The position numbers and the translations under genes were made by a program. A stretch of DNA of 64,000 nucleotides from Raillietiella orientalis (taxonomy: Eukaryota). The stretch spans positions 2,232,001-2,296,000 of the forward strand of contig JAYWIR010000020.1 of NCBI GenBank assembly GCA_036172245.1. The letters run 5' to 3'. Shown piece by piece: positions 50,701 through 61,412 of the stretch (the first letter of the stretch is position 1; the number at the start of each line of letters is the position of its first letter). Below the pieces are notes generated by a model. It was given only the letters and a program-made list of their open reading frames with translations. It had not been told where the DNA came from and did no database searches.

Positions 50701-51381
50701 TCATCTTCATTTGCAAAAAAAACATCATCAATTTTCTGAAGCTCAAGCTGGTGGAGGTCATCAACGCTCCGGTGGTCCGCCGCAGCTCCGCCAGCCTGAG
50801 CAACATAACGAAGAGGATGACCCTGTCCACGGAGAAGAGCAGCAACGATTGCTTCGAGTCCGGAGCATCGAACGACGAGAGAGGAATCATTGCGTACGGG
50901 AGGAAGATGTCAAATGCCATCAGGTGGGCCAATCACTCGGTCCGCGGCGTGGCAACACGAGGACTTTTACCCTTAGGCAACACTTGGACAGGATGCATCT
51001 GTTTTCAAATTCGTCCGAGGAGAACACAGACCCACAGACCAGGAACAACAGCGAAGACACCAGAGACGTTGTGGTTCACGTAGAAGCCATTCAGGATGAT
51101 GCCAAAGCCTTCAGCATGGGGGACCCTCCTTCAGCCAAAAATCCCGGATTCCCGAAAGGTCAGAAACGAACAACTTTCGGAGGGACCGAAGGACGACCTT
51201 ACCGTTAGGCAAAGAATGCCTAGCTGACGATGACCCAGACTGGCTGCCTTCTCCCGGCCCGAGAGATGCTCCATCTGCAGCTGCAAAGAGAAACGGTGTC
51301 GCCCAGGAGACTGCCGAGGAGAGCGTGCGGACCACGATGAATTTCATCATACATCGTTTGACAGGCAGGGAGGATTGCTAA
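41744..51381 (+). CDS. mthl: Methuselah-like class B GPCR with signal peptide, three Cys-rich ectodomain modules and 7 TM helices
   Basis: Exons 41744-43454 (ectodomain, TM1-2), 49253-49331 (TM3 YFVLATFFWCNVMSIDL), 49539-49705 (RFKFYCLWGYGGP...RPRFGKYKCWF), 49765-49918 (FFLLPVGVLLLANLCFF) and 50552-50923 (KLILIMGISWIFEIIS...NSLQGLIIFIIF). All are GT-AG and phase-compatible. Tail exons (~50977-51158, 51209-51381) are less certain. Confidence 0.9.
49990..50400 (-). mobile_element. Decayed LINE-like fragment inside intron 4 of the mth-like gene
   Basis: GGGGTGAACTCGGAAC (~50127) and GGAGACCACC (~50280) are shared with the repeat fragments at 37585 and 55710-55800. Boundaries are approximate. 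Confidence 0.45.
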
Positions 51382-54199
51382 GCCCACAAAGAGAGGGAGT
51401 GTTTCGTCTCCGAAAGTGTGAGGGCCATTTCAAGCGGTTGCTCACTCGGTGGTGCAACCGCTCTGCGTGTTCATCAGGAGGCCCCCGTCGCACCACCCTC
51501 ACTATGGAAGCCGCCCACGACGGAGGTGACCTTGGCGAAAGAAACTCGTCGGAAAGCCCCCTCTCATGAAAGCCGAAACGAATGGATACGGAAAATGGAG
51601 ACCGAAAGGTGTTTCGCGGGAAAAATCCGAGGCCTTCCGAACCCTGCGTTTGCCATCTTCGCTCGCGCCCTGCCTCCGTCTGCTTTCGAGCCGGAGAAAG
51701 CCACTTTGCCAAAGTCGCAGAATTCTGGAGTGGATCCTCGGTCCCTACTCGTTTTAATTTGAGAAGCGGCACAATCTCGGCAGAAGAAGGAGGGGGTGCG
51801 CATCCAGCAAGAAAGCGAACGCACGGAAGTATTCCGCGCTTTGGTCAGCACAAAGTAGGGTCGCCCTGCGGGCATGCGGCGAAAGGAAAGCAGTACTTCG
51901 CATTTCTTGCCTCTGGACTGAGAGGAGTACTGTCATTTGCTGCTTCAGAAAAAATTCGACAAGATTCGCACATCGGCACCAGCAGTACGGTACGGTACAC
52001 GTGCACGATCCTCTACGGCAGCGCCTACTGTGTGCGGCGCATCGCTCCCATGCAACATCAGCCAGATGACAGACGGTTCCGCGCTGCGATCAGCGTAGCA
52101 AAGACAAATCCGAAGGCAGCAGCGTGAGAGATACAGCCAATTCTCTCTTCCTGCCCTCCACTAGGAGACTCTTCATTCCGGAGGGAGAATCCGTGAAGAG
52201 GAAAACTTTGCAGTTTCCATGCGATCATCTGTGACTACACGTTTAAGTTTCGCGGTGGTGTGCCTCGGAGCCCATCTGCGCGATCCTGAAAGGACAGCGA
52301 TGATTCCTCCATTCGCGCACTAAAGATCCACGACGCGTTTCTTGTAAGCAGGGCTTCCTCGAGGAAAACAGAAGGGGGAGGGAATGAAAGAAGGGCGGCG
52401 TTGGCACGGGAGATCGTGGTGGTGCCCGATCTGCCTCACGAGAAGAGTGTTCCTTCACACACGGAGAGAGAGGGACAGATGTCCTGGACTTCTTGAGAAG
52501 AGAAACAGACCCGGTCGGGACTTGAACCAGCTGCAGCTACAGCAGTTCCTCTTCGCGCTTCCGCACAGAGCCGCGCGTGTCCCATGGTTGGCTGTCATCG
52601 GTCGTTCGATGAAATTCTTTCTCCTCGTGCCAACCATGCTGTTTCGCCTCCCGCCATCGAACACAGAACCTGTTGGCTCTCCCTCTCTGTGCTGCCTTCG
52701 CAGCTTTTGGCACCGAATTAAGAAGGCCGTCGCATGCGCTGCTGCCCGCGGTCTTCACGAGTTTGCGTTCTAGGTTGCCCTGGAAAAGATTCCCTGATTC
52801 ACTAGAACCGAATGCTGCACAGCATTTTTCTGGAAGAGGACGGTGCAAACCCCACTGTTCGCCGCTACAGTTTCAGCGCCCTTAGCATTTATAACTCGTA
52901 CTGATGATTTCCAACCATCCAGCATGCGTGTGGGAGTGGCGCACGGACGCGCAGTGCCCTCTTCTGGAAACAGCCAAAGTCCATTCCTGCTGCTTCACCC
53001 CTTCCTGCCAACTCTCTTTCGCAGTTGCAACTTTATTCTAAGCACACCATGACGCCATACGCGTGTCCTCATCTTCCAGAAGGAGATTTTAGGTTCCCTC
53101 ATCGTATGTCTGCCATGACGTTTCCTTCTCTCCATCTCTAGGCATGAAACGGAACAAGAGCAGCAAGGGTCCACTCTTGCCACAGCATCGCATAAGCTGG
53201 CAGTTGACACCATAAAGCAAAACAGGACGGCAGGTCACTGCTGACATATTTTTAAACCGCTTTCTTTCGGTTGTGACGCACACAGCAAAGACTTTAAGAA
53301 AAAAAAACAAGAGGGATACCAATGAGGATAATGTATGCCCCTTCTGCTTGCGGGTGTAGCAAGTGGAAATCTGAATTTTTTTTGTGATTCTCAGTTGGCA
53401 CGAATGATGGTACTCCTGATGTCGTTACAGTTGCGTACTCCTAACCAAGAAGAATGTGATGCTCACTTAAAAGAGTTCCTGAAGTGATGCAATACATGTG
53501 AAGACTGGCTGCAGCGGCGAGTCCTCTTCTTTCTGAAACAACCAGAAAGAAGGGAACCAAAAACATTGGTCCAGTTTAAAATCCCGAACTATCAGAAAAA
53601 AATGAATATATACGTTTATTATGTATATTAATATACAGGTTTGATCTGTAGATTAATATATATTATGATGATAAAAAACAAATACGTATGCTCCTTGTGT
53701 GTAATTACATGTATGTTTAGATATAGCCTGATAAATAAATTTATTTTAACGCACATATTTATTGATATTTAGTAACATACATGTAAGTAAAGATAAAAGA
53801 ATCATGATTCATCTGAATTTGTTCGGGATTTTGATCTTCACCGTCTAAACATGTAGCTTTGGCATGAACCTCGAAGAAACGCACAACCCATCATCATTGC
53901 TCGCGGAGGTGGTGTGGAAAAGTGCTCCGTTGTCCAAACTGTTATCTCGAACCTCTAGTGGCTAGCGTCACCAGCTGCAGATGCTGGAAGAACGTCCTGA
54001 GGGCTGTCAGCGTGACTCTCATTCCCTTGGCCTTCTTATGCTTACCATCTCCATCGGCTGATCTCTAGAAGGATGTGGATCCGCACCTTGAACGAACTGG
54101 CAACCAGCATGTCGAATTTCGAAGGCGATGCTTTATCACTCGGTTGCACCGGGGCGTTTATTCTGAAAAAGAACAAACCATCTGGGAACTCGGTCCCCG

Positions 54200-56100
54200 G
54201 ACCAAAGGACAAGAAGTTTAAGGGGAGGGCTGCACGACGCGCCGGTCGGTACTCCGAACGTCCGGGACGGGAAGGAGGGGACAATAAATAAATACAAAAA
54301 AGATAGGGGGTGGTAGGGGATGATGGAAATCCTTTTCTGTCTTCGCAGTTCTTCGCAGGAGGGTCTTCCCAGAATGGGGGATCCGCTCCTTCACAACCGG
54401 AGGGGAGCTCCCACTCCGTGATTCCTGGAAGGACCCGGAGGTCGACTCCCATTTGTCCCGGCCCTCATCGGGGGCACTCGGTTTTAACCGCTGCCAATGC
54501 CGCACCCGGATGAATGTAGGCCAGTGGTTCCCAAGCTTTTCAAGTAGAGGGCCAAATCTACTATTTTCAGTACTTGGGCGGGCCACAACGTTATAAAATT
54601 ATCAAGGTTTATAAAGTTATAAAAGTCTCGTGCAATATCATTCTTAACTTTCAGCAACCAAATTCTAAAACTGTAAAAGCTGTCAGTGTCAGTCCTACAC
54701 TACCGTCATGTTCTGTTTCAAATCAGATGTTCATTTAACAATTTTAAATCAGTTTTAAAAACCGCTATAAATGTAATTAATTTAGAATTGTAACTGTTCT
54801 TCACCACAAGTTACTGAAGTTCAGATGCCAATTTATCAATGCCTGGGCACAAAACTGTCGTGCCTAAGCGCAGCAAGGTTACTGTCAGTGAGTCTGGAAC
54901 GTTGCTTGTTTTTTATAATTGTCATTGCGGAAAATGACTGCTCGCATCTATAAGTCGAACCAAAACGACAAACATATCTTTGTGCAAATGAACGCGAGTG
55001 TTCAAATGGTTCGACAGGCGATAGTCGCCAGAATGAGATCATATGGTCAGCTGAAGGTGAAGAAGGCAGCTCCAGGAATTTGCATTTCAAATCAATTACT
55101 TCGTGCTGAAGGTTTTCCTATAATTGGCAGATCTTGGCATCTGGAAATACGAACGGATTGATGATTTATATCCTCCTCCGTTGTGAACACTTGAAATCTC
55201 GACTGAAAGATATCCAGAAGACTTTCCACTTTAACCTCGTACTGTGACAAGATTTCTTTTCCATCACAAGTGTCTTCGGAGTTGGAAACGCCTCTAGAGT
55301 CCCTTCTATCATCTGTCCTACAAACAAGTGAAGTTTCATTTTAAATGCAGAAATTTCATCTCACAAATTTACGAACAGTTTGTCTTTTCCGTTAAGCCTC
55401 GCATTTAAAGAGTTTAAATGAGACGTGATGTCCACCAAAAATGTCAGGTCATTAAGCCAGTCACCGTTCTGCAGACATTCGCGTTCTGCAGGCAATTCAT
55501 CTATTTCAGACAAAAACAGGTAGAGTCTATCAGATGAATTGCCTGCAGAACAACTGTTTATTTGAACGTCAATAAATTTCTGCAATTATTAAAATATATC
55601 ATATTACATATTGAGGTTTCGCGGACCACTTTCTGAAAGCAGACGGGCAATAAGTTGCCCGCGGGCCGTGGTTTGGGAACTTCTGATGTAGGCCAACCAG
55701 CGTCATCTTGTGGGGTGAACTCGGAACCCACGACGCACTGAGTCGATTCCTTCGGAGTATTCGAACCCACGACGCATGGCGCCACGCGCGGAGACCACCG
55801 TAACCACACGGCCTCCGACGCGGCTAGGGGGTGGTAGGGGACAAAGGTCTTTTGCTTCGGCCGTTCCTTCTTCTCACAACCGGCGCTGAATGCCGGAGGT
55901 CTCCTTCCTGATTTGTTCGCTGATGTGAGGGCACCTGGTAGCTGTCCTCATGCTGGAGGGTGCAATCCTGGCGATCTCTGTTGGGGCCGCTCGCGACTCC
56001 AACACATGGTGGACCATGACGATGGCTCCGATGCAACAGGTCGTTGGCCATGACCGCACCTAGCGAGAGGTCGTCTCGAGTGAAGAAGCGACGCATAGTG
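54200..56100 (-). mobile_element. Decayed L1/Tx1-like LINE 3' segment interrupted by a hAT insertion
   Basis: Removing 54522-55693 rejoins a reading frame (...QDDAGWPT|FIRVRHW...). It has a broken LLHSRRPL...C...HHVLE zf-RVT-like motif near 56000-56100. Its 3' architecture (C-rich, T-rich, CCCTCC, GC-rich) resembles the copies at 39.8 and 58.4 kb. Confidence 0.55.
54522..55685 (-). mobile_element. Internally deleted hAT DNA transposon (Buster/SPIN/Charlie type), 1164 bp
   Basis: TIRs CAGTGGTTCCCAAGC / (revcomp) CAGAAGTTCCCAAAC. Perfect 8-bp TSD ATGTAGGC at 54514-54521 and 55686-55693 (nnnTAnnn). Subterminal GCCCGCGGGCCG. Transposase remnants WLNDLTFLVDITSHLNSLNARLNG and FGSTYRCEQSFSAMTIIKNKQRSRLTDSNL (hAT dimerisation domain) carry stops and frameshifts. 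Confidence 0.95.
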
Positions 56101-57299
56101 ACGATGGCGGTGCCTCCCTGGTGCAGGAGCGCTGAAGGCAGCCTCCGCCACAGTCTTTGGAGGGCACGGCAGTCGAAGAACAGGAGCGGGAGCGATTCCA
56201 CTGCTCCGCACCTGCTACAGTTCCGGAAGGCAAATCCCCCGGAAACGAGGTGGGCGCGCTGATTGCAATGCAACAGCACAATGCAACAGCAGCAGCGCGT
56301 CCTGCTCTCAACGAAGGGTGAACACAAAGGTGTCCACGCAAGAGATAGGGACCACCACTTCTCCGGGGGACACACTCAGGAGCTCACTGCTCCGAAGGAG
56401 TGGCGGCGTCTGCCAGCTCGCTCGTCTTCCAGCCGCCCAAGGGTCCGGTTTCTCCAGCAAGCGCGTAGGAGACCATCCACCCCGCCGGTAGGCAGCTGTC
56501 ATCGCTTGCCCTCAGAGCAGACAGCTCTGCGGCAAGGGGCGTGGCGACCAGGCGTGTCCACTTGTCCTGGTTCAGCGCATCCTCCAACGGACAGCTCGGG
56601 GAAGCCGCACACAACGAAGTTTGACGAGCGGCGCTTTCTGATATGCGTTGCCCAGGACGACAACGCCCCCTGTTGCCACGCGTTGCAGTTCCTTGGGCGG
56701 CCGGAGATCCACGATCGAAGGCAATGCTGACGAGCGCTTTCAGGAATTCCGTTCTTCCTCCCAGGCCGCAGATTAGTCTTCGTTGCGGGATGGTGCATCG
56801 CTTCCACAGAAATTTGACCACCTCAACACAGCGTGGTTCGAGGAATGGGCAAGCCGGCAAGAATGAGAAACCTCCACCTTTTTTCGAGAGCTCCCTGAGC
56901 CAATCCGGCAGTGCTCCAAGCACAATCGTGTGCTTTGCGGAGGGTTGCTATGAGACGCCGCTTGCAACATGTCCCTGAAGCGATACACACAAATATAATT
57001 CCTGACGAAACCTAGCGCATGTTAGAGGCTGTTTGGCGGCGGTCTTCGCGAGTTGCGGGTCCGTATATCCGCGCGGAGGATCCACGGCTACGGCTGGAAA
57101 TGGGTGCGTCGGGGTTTTTCGCGCCCTCCCGCGCGGAATGACGCTGGTTGGTCTGCAGCCTTAGGGAGCGGCACTGATGAAAGCGGAAAACCGGATGCTT
57201 CCGTTGACTTCCACGAGTAAGAGAGATTCCTTGAGTAACACTCCTTCGTTCTCCGAAGCCTTCCTGGATTCATACGGTGGTCCCTCTAGGGTGATCCCC

Positions 57300-58673
57300 T
57301 AACTTGAAGAGTATTCTTGATACCTGGTCAGGCGAGCCACCGGCTACGCGGGACTGTCTTCGTTTCTGGCAAGGCGGCACAGACTCAACATGTCCAGCTG
57401 TGGACTGGAGCTCCAGAGAATGGCCAAGCTAATCAGGACCAACAACTGGATCTTCTTCCAGCCCGCGAACGGTAGTGCCTGGTTGCAGGAAACCGTTCGC
57501 ACGTGGGCCAAGAACATGGAAGCGAGACCGGTGATGAGGCAGCGACTGCTGCACTCCTTCTACAACAGGCGCTCCCTGAAGGACGTCATCGTGCAGCCCA
57601 CCACGTGTGCTTGGGCGCAAAGAACCTGCCTAGCCGCGGCAGTCTCCTCCCTCAGGGAGTACGTGGGCAGTAACCAACCGGTCAAATGGGAGGTCAGTTG
57701 CGAAAAAGGTGTTTAGACGAAGAAGTTAGGTTGTTGGATCACGGACCAGCTTACGGACGCTGCGACCCCAAGTGCCCCACCGAAAGGACTATTGTGCTGG
57801 GGCAAGGTGCTGGGAATCCCACAGGAAGACCTCGAGTGGCCCCAGAACTGAAGAACAGCCTGGACCTACCCCTGAAGTGGCAGAAGTCGGCACTTTAGCT
57901 GTTGCACGGGGGCCTCCCATGCAAAGCCCGTCGACCTCGCTGGACCCAGGGGACGGTGAATCTCAATTGTTGCAGATGCGGGAAGCGGGAATCCCAGCTC
58001 CTCCACCTGTTTGTAGACTGTGTTGCCCTCCGTCCCCTGTAGTTGCGTTACCCAACGGCCCTTTGCGAACCAACGGACGGTCAATCCCAGGAACGCGATG
58101 AAGGACCTCTTCGTGCGCGACGCCCTTTCTCCTCCCGCATCCCCGGCAGCTCTTTGCTGATGCCTCCGTGTGATTGTGGCGGCTTGGAGCTACGCGAGAG
58201 GAGGACGGCACGACAGGGGCGGCATCTGCTTCGCCCTGCGCTTCCTGTGGACGGCAGCCAGACGACCCCACCTGGCGCATACTCGGATGGGACTTGCCGG
58301 CATCCCGGAAAGGATGCAGAGGACGTCCTAGAGCACCCGGTGATCCCTTCCCTATCCACAGTTATATATTTTATTTTATTTTTATTTTTGTTTGCTCCTC
58401 CCTCCCCCTCCGCAGCCGATGCGGACCTCGCCGGCCTGCGTGCCGGTTACTCGGCAGGTTCCGAGCATTTTCGGACGATGTGGGGCCATCGGCCCTACAT
58501 CGTCCAAAAATGTATGCTTGGCGTGACCAGGTGACAAAAACTAACTTGAAGAGTGAAACGCCCCCGGGTGGCGTGGACTGGTGTCAAAAGGGCTTCATTA
58601 GGCTCTAGGTGAACCGAACTTCTTGAGTACTTGGCGAACGAAAAAAAAAAAGAAGACCCGAAAAAAAAAAAAA
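57300..58673 (+). mobile_element. L1/Tx1-like non-LTR retrotransposon 3' end with structured 3' UTR and A-rich tail, decayed
   Basis: LHGGLPC...NCCRCGKRESQLLHLFVDC motif, upstream ORF2-like remnant at 57390-57716, about 690 bp shared with 39269-39958, and A runs at 58641-58673. Confidence 0.75.
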
Positions 58674-60501
58674 GCTGAAAGGAAAACAGGGAGATAGAAA
58701 AGAATCCCGAAGGATCCATCTTTCTAAACTAAATAGTAGCGATGTCTCCATTAGGTCGTTTACTCCCAAAATGAATGCGAGCGACTCAACCCGTACAGGC
58801 CATCGCCGGTATTAGGAAAAGTCAAATCTTCATCGGAAACCTGCCGTGACACCGAGAAACGAAAGGATTGGTACAGAACAGGATAAGTAAGTGAATGTCG
58901 ATGAACAGTGCGCTAGAGGTGTTTCCGTCTGGGTCGAGGACGAGTCAAAGTGCAGCTTGGAATCTGGTTGATTATCGGTGAGGTCCTTGGGTTGGCGGTG
59001 GTCTGCCAAGTGATCCTTTCTGCCGAGAAGGCAAAGGATGGAAGAACGGGATGGAAACCAAGAAGGAATGAGGTAATGAGAGCTGGGACGAATTTCCCCA
59101 CTCGATGATCGCCTACCAGGATGTGATTGGCGATTCAGAAAACTCCGCATGAAACGGAAACCCCTCCGCTCGCAAATCCGGCCGATCCAAAGAGAAAACA
59201 AATCTTTGGGGGATTCCCTCAGAGTTCCGCTGCTCAACAGGCTCGTCAGCATCGATGTTTGGAAAAGTTTGAAGCTTCCCTTCTCGAGTGCTTCTTACAG
59301 TTTCTCCTGATCTTAAGGCACGGTCTGTTTCATCGCCAAAGGGAGGACAAGTTGCAGGATGATTCACTGGAAGATGGTATCCTGGTTGCAAGCAAAGAAA
59401 AGGAACTCTCGACTTTTCGAAACCGAATCAGCTCTACATCCTCCGTGATGTCTTCTTGTGGTTCAGATATCATTGAATGTCCACAAAGCGACCACGACCA
59501 CGACAGTCCACAAACCACTTTGTTAGTCAATGCAGCATCCTTTTTTCTCTCCCATTCCTTCGAATTGGGTTCGTGTGGGGGATGATTCAAGATCTTCTAT
59601 GCTGTTCTACCGTTTGAACAGAAACGCAGATGTTAGCTCGTGGAACTACACGAGGACTTTCTGTTCAGTTTTCTGCTTTGCCTTTTTTTTTTTTTGCATT
59701 TCTACATCCAACCTCGTTCGAAATTAGGAAATTTTTATGCAGTCGTCTTTTTGGGTTGCCATCAACATTCGAATTTTCTTGAACAATGATCTTTCTCGTG
59801 CTTTTTTGCTCTTAAACTTATCTCTCTCTCTCCCGGGAGCTGTAAAGCAAGCGATTCGTGCAACTGAGTAAACATCCAGATTTTTCACCTCTTCCTCAAG
59901 CGAAATTCAGGGTGAAATAGCCTTCTGGAGTGCACCTTCATGAACTCAAGCTGGAAGTTTCGAGAAGCGCGCGTTTGCTTTAAATCTCGATTACCATTCT
60001 CCACCTATCCACGACTGAATGTGTTCTGGAAATTCATCTCCAGTGTTTATTTACACATCCAATTCTGTCTTGAAACTCTTCAAAAGGCATTTCTCTCCAG
60101 TCTTCACTACCCTGTTGCTTTTGCAATCAGATTTTCCCCATGGTTTGTAGGCAATTCGAACAAACCATATAAGCCAAGAATGTAAAAAAAAACAAAAAAA
60201 CAAGGAGAGAAAAGAAAAGATAAAAACCTGCTTGCCTGCAGCTTTCAGATTTAATCTCATGAAAATCTGGAAAAAAAATGGACGAGTTCGTATTGGAGTA
60301 CCCTTTTCTCTCAGTTCAGTCTGAATCTCTTCCCAACTCTTTCAAGACATTGGTTTGTAAGACTGTTCCTGTTTGTACTCCTGTTTCCCATTCTAATCAC
60401 TCAGGAATTCATGCTCCTTCGAGTATGGGTCCACAATCAGCAGCCAAGCATCAAGCTGATACTCCCCACAGCTTGTGGTATAAAACATTCAATTCTTAAT
60501 A

Positions 60502-61412
60502 CGAGGTGCATCTCAAAAGAAAGGACGGATCGGATATAAAGAAAGAACAAATAAGAGACACAAAAGTGTATTCGTGGTTGTTCTAAACACATACGTCCCC
60601 ATTTCATTTTTCCACGTGGTCACCATTTCTTTACAACCACTTTTGACACCGTGGAAAGAGCTTTTTTTTAACCCTCTGCATGAAATTCTCCTCCTGGGAG
60701 TTCAGCCGGTTCAGCAGCACCGAGGTTTCAACTCCTCACTTTCCCCCTTCGAATCGTTGAGCCACTCCTGGAGGTGCAGGAAGGCGTGGTAGCCACTGGG
60801 TGCGAGGTCAGGACTGTAAAGTGGGTGATCGAAAAAGTCCCCATCTGAATTTCCGAATTGCCTGGAGTGTGCGGACAGCGGCAGTGTGTGGGACCAAAAG
60901 GGTGCGCTTTTGGTGGACTTTATGGAGCCTGGAACAGCCATCACGTGGCAAGTCTGCTGTGTAGAACGCTTTCCAAACTTCAGCAGAACCGACGACGTGG
61001 AATGCTGAGGTCCGGAACCGTTCTTTTCCTTCACGACAACGCACGCCTTGGCAACAACACATGCTGTCCGCACACTCCAGGCAATTCGGGAATTCAGACG
61101 GGGACTTTTCGACCACCCACTTTACAGTCCTGCCAGCTGACTACCACGTCTTCCTCCCTGCACCCCCAGAAGTGGCTCAACGATTCGAGGTGAGGTGAAC
61201 GACAAGGTGGGGAGTTGAAAACGGCAGTGCTGAAGGCGGCGGAATCTCATGCAGAGGGTTGCAAAAGGCTTCTTCCACGGTATCAAAAGTGGTTAGAAAG
61301 AAATCGTGACCACGTGGAAAAATGGGGACGTATGTGTTTAGAACAACCACTTTGCTTCTCTCATTTGTTCTCGTTTTATGTCCGATGGGCTCTTACTTTT
61401 AGATGAGCCTCG
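60502..61412. mobile_element. Palindromic non-autonomous mariner (Tc1/mariner) derivative, 911 bp
   Basis: Starts TA|CGAGG and ends CCTCG|TG. Arms 60502-60879 and 61063-61412 are diverged inverted copies of the transposase 3' end (HPLYSPDLAPSGYHAFLHLQEWL; EGCKRLLPRYQKWLERNRDHVEK). The spacer holds KGALLVDFMEPGTAIT and LFLHDNAR. Confidence 0.92.
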
